This document shows positions 26,012 through 33,070 of a DNA stretch of 43,083 bases, one piece after another. The translations under genes were made by a program, and so were the position numbers. The stretch covers positions 1 through 43,083 of the IMG/VR virus record IMGVR_UViG_3300037247_000567; one strand, written 5' to 3'. This stretch comes from a virus. The stretch's first letter is position 1, and each line of letters opens with the position of its first letter. A model generated the notes under the pieces. That model worked only from the letters and a program-made list of their open reading frames with translations, ran no database searches and was not told the DNA's origin.

Positions 26012-26197
26012 TTGACCCCCCACCAAAAGCATCGCGCATTTGACATGAGCGAGACAATCCTAGGCCTGTTTTGCTTCCTGCTTATACTCGCTGCTCTAGC
26101 GGGCCTACTGTTCTTGTTAGCGCAGTTGCCGAGCGGCGACCCCGAAGACGCAAACGCGATTATGCGGCTGCTTGACAGCGTGAGCAGCGGAGTTTAA
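26012..26197 (+). CDS. Small membrane protein (61 aa, one TM segment)
   Basis: TTG start 10 nt after AAGGAG. Hydrophobic ILGLFCFLLILAALAGLLFLLA segment. Confidence 0.55.
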   Translation: MTPHQKHRAFDMSETILGLFCFLLILAALAGLLFLLAQLPSGDPEDANAIMRLLDSVSSGV

Positions 26198-26561
26198 ACT
26201 TATGCTGTGGGACACGGTATTAGATTCGTCAGGAAAACTGAAGAGGGCCCCTCGGCTAGCCGTGTCCCGCGCAATGGCCGAGGGGTTTCTCTTTGGGGAA
26301 GACACCCCACTAAAAACAGACCAGTTGGGCGCAGCAGGAGGGGAACCGAGACGTGGGGTTTGGCTGCCTGCTGCCCAGGGGACACTCTATTCCTATAAGG
26401 GGCAGGGGTTCCTTCCTGGTCGAACTGGCCTGAACCCCCTTAATGGAATACCCTTGGCGACCAGGGGATTAGAGGAGTTAAAGCCCTCCTCCCTCCGGCA
26501 GGGGCTTGGGGGTTAAAGGGGTGTGTGAAAATAATCACGAGGTAGCGAAAGGAGCAAACCA
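26198..26561 (+). other. Hairpin-dense, G-rich region of unresolved coding status; the track ORF 26202..26516 may be spurious
   Basis: Four consecutive local stems: 26209-17/26260-68 (9 bp), 26331-38/26367-74 (8 bp), 26405-11/26432-38 (7 bp) and 26472-77/26486-91 (6 bp). Repeated 8-mers GGCAGGGG and CCAGGGGA. ORFs are open in three frames, including antisense. Confidence 0.4.
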
Positions 26562-26834
26562 ATGGCAATACCGGCATGGATAATCAGTATCGACCACAAG
26601 GCAGTGCGGGAACAGGCGCTTGGTCTCTGGGCTGACTTCCAAAGAGTGCGGGAACGGGCGCAATTAGACCACCAGAAGGTGGTGCTTGAGGCTGATATGC
26701 TGCACACCACTACAGTCACGGACGCCTTGGTCAAACGGGATAAGGCAATCCGCAAAGCGAGGGATGTGTACGACCGCGCCAAGAAGAGTCTGCTCGAAAC
26801 CTCGCCTTTGAGGATGGTAGGGAAAGCGCACTAG
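26562..26834 (+). CDS. Hypothetical helical protein (90 aa)
   Basis: GAAAGGAGCAAA RBS cassette upstream. Confidence 0.65.
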   Translation: MAIPAWIISIDHKAVREQALGLWADFQRVRERAQLDHQKVVLEADMLHTTTVTDALVKRDKAIRKARDVYDRAKKSLLETSPLRMVGKAH

Positions 26835-26864
26835 CGGCCATTTCGTGATGGAGAAGGGAGCGTA

Positions 26865-27074
26865 ATGGAGCCACACCTTTGCAATGAGTGGGCGATGGCA
26901 GCGACGGCGAGTGGCCCTGCGGGAAGGGTAGGCACGTCAATGATTTATGACACGAGTTTGATTGAACGCTGTCCGCACGGCTATCAGCGCAAGACTACGT
27001 GGAGGCCCATGCGCCTAGACCCTGTTATTGAGTTCTGGCCCTTTCCTGGGCAATCGGTGAAAGAACCGCGTTGA
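26865..27074 (+). CDS. Hypothetical protein (69 aa)
   Basis: Preceded by the CATTTCGTGATGGAGAAGGGAG intercistronic motif. Confidence 0.55.
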   Translation: MEPHLCNEWAMAATASGPAGRVGTSMIYDTSLIERCPHGYQRKTTWRPMRLDPVIEFWPFPGQSVKEPR

Positions 27075-27124
27075 TGCAAGAATATTCCTGCTGTGTTTGG
27101 CGGTAGGGTTAATAGGAGGGAACG

Positions 27125-27247
27125 ATGGCGCACAAACATCAGTGGAAGGTAGCGGATACGTACAAGCCCCCAGGGTACAGCGGCAAATTCACGGTGACGT
27201 GGGCCTGCACCTGTGGCGCGTTCAAGAACACAACGTGGACACCGTAG
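27125..27247 (+). CDS. Mini-protein (40 aa, MAHKHQWKVADTYKPPGYSGKFTVTWACTCGAFKNTTWTP)
   Basis: Strong TAGGAGGG RBS 4-5 nt upstream of the ATG. Below the track cut-off. Confidence 0.5.
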   Translation: MAHKHQWKVADTYKPPGYSGKFTVTWACTCGAFKNTTWTP

Positions 27248-27696
27248 ATGAATCTCCACCTACTCCTGTGCCCCCACAAGGACGTACACCAACTGCCGCC
27301 ACCGAGGAGTCTAGAGGCTTGTACGTGGACGCTGACGGATGGACAGGTGATTTGGCATCCCTGGACGGAGGCGACAATTCAACATTGGAGGATGCACCTA
27401 ATATCACCATTGTTGCCGATGAAACGGTTGCGTTTACCGCCCTCGGTGCAATCGTCGCCCAGTACGACTGGATGCCGGACGCGTTCAGGGTCGTGGATTG
27501 CGAGAGTTCGTGGAATCCTGACGCGGTTTCGTGGGCGGGAGCGCGGGGCTTAATGCAGCTCATGTCGGTTCATGCTTGGCGGTTTGCTCGGCGCGGTTGG
27601 GACTACTGGGTTGATGTGTTCGTGCCGGAGCGCAACGTCGCCATCGCCTACGAGTTGTATCAGGAACAGGGCTGGGGGATATGGTCGTGCCGGTAA
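27235..27696 (+). CDS. SLT-domain lytic transglycosylase (GH23-like); start uncertain
   Basis: CESSWNPDAVSWAGARGLMQLM matches the SLT catalytic E-S...GLMQ signature. The GTG 27235 start overlaps the mini-ORF. The track TTG 27097 start lacks an RBS and has a poor upstream coding character. Confidence 0.75.
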   Translation: MDTVDESPPTPVPPQGRTPTAATEESRGLYVDADGWTGDLASLDGGDNSTLEDAPNITIVADETVAFTALGAIVAQYDWMPDAFRVVDCESSWNPDAVSWAGARGLMQLMSVHAWRFARRGWDYWVDVFVPERNVAIAYELYQEQGWGIWSCR

Positions 27697-28214
27697 AAGA
27701 AGAAAAGGTGGCGGAGCCGACGACCACTGATATTGTGTCGGCGATCCGCCGACTGCATACGAATCACGGACTCAGTGACCGGTGGGCCTTCTTTCCAGAG
27801 TTGCGCCTGGGCACCGGCTATGGCCGTGGCGTGGAGCAGCGTATCGACGCCTTCGCGTGCGGGCTCTGGTCGAAGAACTGGGGCAGTATGGCCTATGAGG
27901 TGAAAGTCAGCCGCGCCGACTTCCTCAAGGAACTGAAGAATCCAATGAAGCGGCGCATGGCCCTCCGGTACTCCAATCTCTTCTGGTTTGTCACGCCTCA
28001 GGGCCTTGTTGACCCAAGCGAAGTGCCGATTGAGGCTGGACTGATGGAAGTGCATTGGGCCACTGTGAGCTATTATAGTCCGCCAGCGGAGGGGTGGATT
28101 GCTAAAGTCGTGGTTGCTGCGCCTTGGCGTGACATACCGCCGCCCACTTGGAGCCTCTTCGCCTCCGTCGCTAGGCGTGTTGCGCGCATTGAGCAGAATG
28201 GGGTAGCGTCATGA
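27681..28214 (+). CDS. MmcB-like PD-(D/E)xK nuclease-fold protein (177 aa)
   Basis: RIDAFACG...MAYEVKVSRADFLKELKNPMKRRM...LFWFVTPQGLV...PIEAGLMEV fits the D...E.K core and the MmcB/DUF1052 pattern as I recall it. Confidence 0.6.
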   Translation: MVVPVKEEKVAEPTTTDIVSAIRRLHTNHGLSDRWAFFPELRLGTGYGRGVEQRIDAFACGLWSKNWGSMAYEVKVSRADFLKELKNPMKRRMALRYSNLFWFVTPQGLVDPSEVPIEAGLMEVHWATVSYYSPPAEGWIAKVVVAAPWRDIPPPTWSLFASVARRVARIEQNGVAS

Positions 28215-28393
28215 CCCTCGAACCCTGTGTCCACCATGACATCATTGCAATCCCCAACGGCCCCATTTCTATTGGGACGTGCAAAAAGTGTGGTCGCGAA
28301 AAAGAATACGAGAACTTCAAGTGGCCGGACTACAATTCCAAGCCAATGAAGAAGCCCGCCATCGAGGATCAGCAAGAGATGATCTATGACTAA
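28211..28393 (+). CDS. Small zinc-ribbon-like protein (60 aa)
   Basis: ATGA overlap start. Motif C-HH...CKKC. Confidence 0.55.
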   Translation: MTLEPCVHHDIIAIPNGPISIGTCKKCGREKEYENFKWPDYNSKPMKKPAIEDQQEMIYD

Positions 28394-28706
28394 GGGCGGC
28401 AGCCGGAAGAGCGTAACGGATAAGAGTCCGTACTGGTGTCCCCACTGCTTCCAGGACACGCTGAGGCCGTCCTCGTTGCCTATTGTGTGGCACATAGAGC
28501 CGCCACTGATTGACGCAGCTGAATACCGTCGCTGGGACTGTCAAAATCCAACGTGCGCGGAAGCGTGGGAGAAGACTTCTCCGCACTCGCAATATCATCC
28601 TAACGAAACCCCACCTGTCCCGTGGCATAGTGCCCGCAAGCCTGACGGTAGCTCCACGAGAGACCCGCGCTATTCTGAGCCGATTCAACCAGTGAAAGGA
28701 GTATGA
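28386..28706 (+). CDS. Zinc-finger-like protein (106 aa)
   Basis: 8-nt overlap with the upstream gene. Motifs CPHC and CQNPTC. Confidence 0.6.
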   Translation: MTKGGSRKSVTDKSPYWCPHCFQDTLRPSSLPIVWHIEPPLIDAAEYRRWDCQNPTCAEAWEKTSPHSQYHPNETPPVPWHSARKPDGSSTRDPRYSEPIQPVKGV

Positions 28707-28709
28707 AGA

Positions 28710-28841
28710 GTGAAACGAATATGGGTAGGCGAATTGCGCTGGCACGCCCGATTTCGTGAGTGCTGGCACAGCCTCAAGGCGGCTGTAATGGCCCTGCGCG
28801 GTTGGGAGAGCGGTTGGTTGGATGAAGAGACAAAGGACTAA
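28710..28841 (+). CDS. Trp-rich mini-protein (43 aa)
   Basis: GTG 8 nt after AAGGAG. Translation VKRIWVGELRWHARFRECWHSLKAAVMALRGWESGWLDEETKD. Confidence 0.4.
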   Translation: MKRIWVGELRWHARFRECWHSLKAAVMALRGWESGWLDEETKD

Positions 28842-29076
28842 CTGGGAGTTCAACGCCTCGGCAGGCGGCGGAACGTACATCCGCGCTGGGCGGGTTCATA
28901 ACCCGAAATGGGACTGCAAGGCGGACATCATTCGCCTTGAGATGCGCTCTCTGCACGACTTCAACGATATGCACATGACGGTGGACGAGGCTGTAGTCAT
29001 CACCGCCGCACTCATGAAAGTCGTGGCGCGGGAGATGTGGAATCGTGGCCTGGATGTACGGAAGCAGTATGAGTGA
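28822..29076 (+). CDS. Hypothetical protein (84 aa)
   Basis: Track ORF, co-oriented. No clear RBS, so the start is uncertain. Confidence 0.5.
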   Translation: MKRQRTNWEFNASAGGGTYIRAGRVHNPKWDCKADIIRLEMRSLHDFNDMHMTVDEAVVITAALMKVVAREMWNRGLDVRKQYE

Positions 29077-29444
29077 ACCGCGAAGCCTGCCAAACTGGGA
29101 TGATTAGCTTCACCGTTCCTGGCCGGTGTGTTCCTTGTCCGCGCCCACGGGTTGTTAGGGGCAAACGGGCCTACTTCCCGAAGCGATATACCGATTGGCT
29201 GGCCTCGGCGCAGGTTGAGGCGCTGAAGGCGTGTGGGCGGGTTCTGTGGCAGGGGCCGGTGAGTGTCACGGTCGCATTCTACGGTGCGCGGCCCAACGCA
29301 GACATCGACAACCTTCTGAAGTCAGTGTTAGATGCCATCCAGGGAGTTATTATTGTGGACGACAGGCAGGTAGAGTATGTCGAGATGCGGAAGTTGGCCG
29401 AAACGCCCGCAATGACGTACGTGGAGGTTCGTGATGGGCGCTAA
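29073..29444 (+). CDS. rusA: RusA-family Holliday junction resolvase
   Basis: ADIDNLLKSVLDAIQGVIIVDDRQVEYV matches the RusA D.DN..K...D.L......DD.QV signature. GTGA overlap start; alternative ATG at 29100. Confidence 0.8.
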   Translation: MNREACQTGMISFTVPGRCVPCPRPRVVRGKRAYFPKRYTDWLASAQVEALKACGRVLWQGPVSVTVAFYGARPNADIDNLLKSVLDAIQGVIIVDDRQVEYVEMRKLAETPAMTYVEVRDGR

Positions 29445-29482
29445 GGGGATTCAGTACAAGGACATTTCATGATGGGAGGCGA

Positions 29483-29641
29483 ATGATGCGTAACATTACA
29501 AAAGGGCTAGAGCAGCGACTCGCGGAGACCAAGGCTGACCGCGCCCAACTAGAGAGGCGCATCGTTCGCCTTGGCGAGAGGCTAGCACTACTAAAGCAGG
29601 TGTTGGGGATAGAGAAGACCCGTCTATCGGAGGTTCCCTAA
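29483..29641 (+). CDS. Coiled-coil mini-protein (52 aa)
   Basis: GGGAGG RBS inside a CATTTCATGATGGGAGG motif. TAATG overlap with the next gene. Confidence 0.5.
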   Translation: MMRNITKGLEQRLAETKADRAQLERRIVRLGERLALLKQVLGIEKTRLSEVP

Positions 29642-29961
29642 TGGACATAGCAGCGGCCAAGGACGAAGCGGCGGACTTGACGCATTTACCTGATTGGGCC
29701 GAGGCCCTAGCCAACAAGCATCGCCCCAACTGGGTGCTGCCCGTGTGTGACTATTGCGACAATGAGGTGTGGCCCTGCGAAACCCGCATGGCTTGGGAGG
29801 AAGCTGCCGCCGCCCACGAGGCGCTGCAGGAGGCGCAAGGGAAGCTGGACGCGGTGACTGCGCTAACGTTCGACCACAATCACAACGCAAGGGTTTTCAT
29901 ACCCCACTGTCCGCGCTGCCAACTTGACCGCATCCTGCGCGGCACCAAGGAGGACGAATGA
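29641..29961 (+). CDS. Hypothetical zinc-binding-like protein (106 aa)
   Basis: TAATG overlap start. Motifs CDYC...C and HCPRC. Confidence 0.6.
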   Translation: MDIAAAKDEAADLTHLPDWAEALANKHRPNWVLPVCDYCDNEVWPCETRMAWEEAAAAHEALQEAQGKLDAVTALTFDHNHNARVFIPHCPRCQLDRILRGTKEDE

Positions 29962-30107
29962 GTGTCGTTGGAGATTGGCTCTACAGAATGACTCGCATCC
30001 TGCGTTGGTCGGCCTGCATTGCCTTTGACCAACATTCAGGACGTGACCCGCAGGGGAAATGCTGGTACTGCCAAGCTGACCTGCGCGGCAGCAAGGAGGG
30101 GGAATGA
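29958..30107 (+). CDS. Mini-protein (49 aa)
   Basis: ATGA overlaps at both ends. Motif CWYC. Confidence 0.45.
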   Translation: MSVVGDWLYRMTRILRWSACIAFDQHSGRDPQGKCWYCQADLRGSKEGE

Positions 30108-30397
30108 GCGAGCCCTGCCATCTCAAAGACTGTGGGCGAGAGGCTGTCATAGGAACAATGGAAAAGTGGGGGCCGGAGTACCGAGTTGCAATGTGCGAGC
30201 ATCACGTCATGGAGCGTATGCGTCGCATCGCCGACCTTGAGGCCGAGGTCGCCCGCCTACAGGATGAACTGAGGAAAATCGCTGCTGGCCGAATGGATAA
30301 TACTGGTGAAGGTGATGTGGCAATGCCTCGTAGCGTGATGATGAGTATCGCCGAGGCTGCCCTTGCCGCCATCGCCGCCGAATTGACCACTGGCTAA
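30104..30397 (+). CDS. Hypothetical protein (97 aa)
   Basis: ATGA overlap start. CHLKDC...CEHH N-terminus and a coiled-coil middle. Confidence 0.6.
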   Translation: MSEPCHLKDCGREAVIGTMEKWGPEYRVAMCEHHVMERMRRIADLEAEVARLQDELRKIAAGRMDNTGEGDVAMPRSVMMSIAEAALAAIAAELTTG

Positions 30398-30427
30398 ATC
30401 TTCGGTACACTTCCCCCAGGGTCTACT

Positions 30428-30703
30428 ATGCTATTTGCTTTGGTGATCCTGAGTATCTATATAGGCTGCGTCGAAGCGGTCTACGGCAAGCGCCCACAGG
30501 ACAGAGGGTTGAGTGATGGTGCTGAGGCGGTACTTGCAGTGAGGCCTATGCCGAACACGGTTGCGCGCCGTGGTTCCTTGGCCCCGTCACTGAGCCCTTT
30601 GCCCGACATCCCCGAATTCTACCTCCGCCCCGAACTCATCCCCATCAAAGAGCGGGACGACACGCTGAAGATAGCCGACAGATTCGTTCGGAGCAGGCAT
30701 TGA
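30428..30703 (+). CDS. Membrane-anchored small protein (91 aa) upstream of the endolysin
   Basis: N-terminal hydrophobic MLFALVILSIYIGCVEAVYG. Its stop overlaps the amidase start. Weak RBS. Confidence 0.5.
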   Translation: MLFALVILSIYIGCVEAVYGKRPQDRGLSDGAEAVLAVRPMPNTVARRGSLAPSLSPLPDIPEFYLRPELIPIKERDDTLKIADRFVRSRH

Positions 30704-31464
30704 CCTGGCTTTCTTTCTGCGCCCGATACCTTGGCCCCCCAGCGAAGACGGGCTACGGCACCGGTGACCGTACTCTCCGTGAGATTGAGGGAGTCGTGGA
30801 TCACAGCATGGAAGGTTCGCTGGCCGCTGCCTACTCCGTGCTGGACGGCCCCCAACAGTCCTCGTGGACGTTCTCGCTTCCCAAAGTCGGCGAGCCCATC
30901 CAGCACTACCCGCTAGAGAAAATATCCTGGCACGCTGGACTCCCTGGCGACCGGCGACAGGACACCTCATTGATTGGCAACCTGACGTTAGTGGGGAAGG
31001 AACATGAGGGGGTGGCGGGCGAGGCGTGGACGGCGAACCAGCTACATTGGAGCGCCAAAATAGATGTGGCCCTGCGTGCTCTGTGTCCTGCGTTTGGGGC
31101 CAATCCCCCGACCCTTCGGCTGAATATGTGGGAACATCGGGAACTTACGGCCACTAGCTGCCCTTCGGGGCGCAACCCTTGGGCGGCGAAGTTCGCGCTC
31201 ATCAATGAATTGGAGGACGACATGGCATTGACGGATGGCGAGAAGGACGAAGTACGCCAGATAGTCCGCGACGTGCTAGGCGAGTACGAGTACGAGGCGC
31301 GGGGAACGAAGGACGCAGACGGGAACCGTGCCGCCTTGACGGGCAAGCGTAGCCTTCGGGTGTGGGCGGGCAACTTCTTTGAGCACGCGGAGGACGCTGC
31401 CAAGCATAGCGCGGGCGAGGGGCACCGCCACGGGATACCGGCTGGACAGACGGAGGAAGCGTAG
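30700..31464 (+). CDS. N-acetylmuramoyl-L-alanine amidase (Amidase_2/PGRP-type endolysin) with a C-terminal extension
   Basis: GVVDHSMEG..., ISWHAGLPG, VGKEHEG..WTANQL and WEHRELTATSCPSG follow the H...WHAG...H...CPG zinc-amidase pattern. TTG start overlaps the upstream TGA. Confidence 0.7.
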   Translation: MTWLSFCARYLGPPAKTGYGTGDRTLREIEGVVDHSMEGSLAAAYSVLDGPQQSSWTFSLPKVGEPIQHYPLEKISWHAGLPGDRRQDTSLIGNLTLVGKEHEGVAGEAWTANQLHWSAKIDVALRALCPAFGANPPTLRLNMWEHRELTATSCPSGRNPWAAKFALINELEDDMALTDGEKDEVRQIVRDVLGEYEYEARGTKDADGNRAALTGKRSLRVWAGNFFEHAEDAAKHSAGEGHRHGIPAGQTEEA

Positions 31465-31715
31465 TGGCTGAAATCATTTGGGACGAAATCATAGACACCG
31501 AACAGGGCCGCGTGTTCATTGGGCATGCGGGAGACACAGCGTTGGAAGAAGCACACCGCGCCTATATTCGACACGGTATTCAATATATAGATAGCCAGCG
31601 GCGGTGGAAGAAGATGTTTCAACAGTTGAGGGATCAGCGTGATGAGGCGAGAGAAGCATTGGAAACGGAGCGGATGCTCTGGCTGAGCATGGAGGCGTTG
31701 GAGGGTACTTGGTAG
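31464..31715 (+). CDS. Hypothetical protein (83 aa)
   Basis: GTG overlaps the amidase TAG stop. Confidence 0.55.
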   Translation: MAEIIWDEIIDTEQGRVFIGHAGDTALEEAHRAYIRHGIQYIDSQRRWKKMFQQLRDQRDEAREALETERMLWLSMEALEGTW

Positions 31716-31716
31716 T

Positions 31717-31854
31717 TTGGAGATACTGGCCGCAATCGGCGTTGGTTATCTCATTGTGATGATGGGCGTGTTTGCCTGGTTCGCCTACAGGACGGGCAGG
31801 CGCCAGACGGCGGCTGATTTGATGGAGCGGCGACAGAAACGGAGGAGACGATGA
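31717..31854 (+). CDS. Single-TM mini-protein with a basic tail (45 aa), holin-like candidate
   Basis: TTG start 2 nt after the upstream stop. Translation LEILAAIGVGYLIVMMGVFAWFAY then RTGRRQ...RRQKRRRR. Below the track cut-off. Confidence 0.45.
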   Translation: MEILAAIGVGYLIVMMGVFAWFAYRTGRRQTAADLMERRQKRRRR

Positions 31855-32003
31855 GTGAGCTTTCACTAGAAGGGCGATGGGAAGGCGCTCCGAAATGGGT
31901 CGGTTGCTGGCATGGTGTCGGGGCTATTCTCTGGTCGGGTAAGTGTTGGCACCTAGATTCGATGCCGTGTGGCTGTGGCTGCCATGCCGAGGAGGCGAAA
32001 TGA
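31851..32003 (+). CDS. Cys/Trp-rich mini-protein (50 aa)
   Basis: ATGA overlaps at both ends. Motifs GCWHG and PCGCGCH. Confidence 0.45.
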   Translation: MSELSLEGRWEGAPKWVGCWHGVGAILWSGKCWHLDSMPCGCGCHAEEAK

Positions 32004-32227
32004 GCGAGATGCTAGAGAGGGCCACGGGGACAAGCGGAAACGCACTCCAGGACGGCATCACTAGGGCCAGCTGGGTTGCGGCGGTGCAGGGACTCGTGGC
32101 GTTCTCGGTTGTACGTTGGGACTGGCTGACCGTAGAGGAGTTGGCGATACTCACCATCCCCATCACGTTCATTGCTGTGGCGGCGTTCGGCATCTATGAC
32201 GCCTTGAGGCAGAGGCTAGGCAGCTAG
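32000..32227 (+). CDS. Two-TM holin-like protein (75 aa)
   Basis: ATGA overlap start; the track start 31943 is judged too early. Hydrophobic segments WVAAVQGLVAFSVV and LAILTIPITFIAVAAFGIY. Confidence 0.55.
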   Translation: MSEMLERATGTSGNALQDGITRASWVAAVQGLVAFSVVRWDWLTVEELAILTIPITFIAVAAFGIYDALRQRLGS

Positions 32228-32229
32228 CT

Positions 32230-32463
32230 TTGGCGGGTAAGACACACGGCGAGCGCCTGGCGCGGCTAGAGACGTACTACGCGGAGATACCAGGCCACTT
32301 GAAGGAAATCAAGGCGCTTCAAAAGGAACAGAACGGACGGCTATCCGTGCTGGAGCGTTGGCAACAGAGGATTATCGGGGCTGGCTTGTTGGCGGCGTTC
32401 ATTCTAGCGATTGCAGGGGCGGCAGGGACTTTGTTGACGCTGATTGTGACGGAGGTGCTGTGA
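32230..32463 (+). CDS. XhlA-like protein with an N-terminal coiled coil and a C-terminal TM segment (77 aa)
   Basis: ERLARLETYYAEIPGHLKEIKALQKEQNGRLSVLE followed by IIGAGLLAAFILAIAGAAGTLLTLIV. The architecture is like the XhlA haemolysin/holin-associated family. TTG start. Confidence 0.4.
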   Translation: MAGKTHGERLARLETYYAEIPGHLKEIKALQKEQNGRLSVLERWQQRIIGAGLLAAFILAIAGAAGTLLTLIVTEVL

Positions 32464-32651
32464 AGCGGCAATGCCCCTGCGCCTGTCACGTCGGGGGTGG
32501 TCGCACTGGGGGTGGTCACTTGAAGGATAATATCTGGGGCTTCAAAGGGCGAGCAAAAGGTCAGTGGCGCTTCCGTTGCGCCCATTGTTGGAGCGTTGCG
32601 GAGTGGGACTTGTCGGTTCCGATAAAGGGTGTGGAGTTTACGATTCTATGA
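32460..32651 (+). CDS. Cys/His-rich small protein (63 aa)
   Basis: GTGA overlap start. Motifs CPCACH and CAHC. Confidence 0.5.
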   Translation: MKRQCPCACHVGGGRTGGGHLKDNIWGFKGRAKGQWRFRCAHCWSVAEWDLSVPIKGVEFTIL

Positions 32652-33070
32652 AGTATACCCCAGGAATGGTACGCAACCTACTGTCAGGCTACCAGCGCCG
32701 CGCACAGGGAGCGCGTCAGCGCCCGCGTGAGGACGTGCTAGTGCAGAGAGCTAGCCCACTTGAAGAAGCACCCTGGGCGTCTGCTAGCTGCGTCTGGGCG
32801 GACATAGAACAGGCGATGCAGAACCTCCCGTTCAACTGGCAGGCCATCGTCTGGGAGGTGGTGTGTGTGGGTGAGTCCAGCGCCAGGAACGGCACCAAGC
32901 GATACGACTGGCGGCGTCGCTGGGCCGACTGGTGGGGCATCACGCCGGGAGATGTGAACAAGATAGTGAGCGAGGCCATCGAGGAGATGTGTGACTCACT
33001 CAATGGAGTAGCAATCACGAATAGCGTTGCGAGCCGCTCCGATGCGCTTATCGGGAGCCAATCGCGTTAA
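32648..33070 (+). CDS. Possible sigma-70 region-4-like HTH protein (140 aa), last gene of the early operon
   Basis: ATGA overlap start; the track start 32564 is judged too early. LPFNWQAIVWEVVCVGES...WWGITPGDVNKIVSEAIEEMCDSL resembles the L...q..v....G.s...ia...gis...V.......a...l pattern. Weak call. Confidence 0.35.
   Translation: MKYTPGMVRNLLSGYQRRAQGARQRPREDVLVQRASPLEEAPWASASCVWADIEQAMQNLPFNWQAIVWEVVCVGESSARNGTKRYDWRRRWADWWGITPGDVNKIVSEAIEEMCDSLNGVAITNSVASRSDALIGSQSR

Noticed and set aside
27125-27260. Programmed -1 frameshift fusing the 40-aa leader ORF to the SLT frame
   Set aside because: There is no X-XXY-YYZ slippery heptamer or downstream pseudoknot-like structure in the overlap. 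A GTG start with coupling is the simpler explanation.
27248-27553. 101-aa ORF starting right after the 40-codon mini-ORF
   Set aside because: It is out of frame with, and entirely overlaps, the region encoding the unambiguous SLT catalytic motif. Its product is Arg/Pro/Leu-rich and non-globular.
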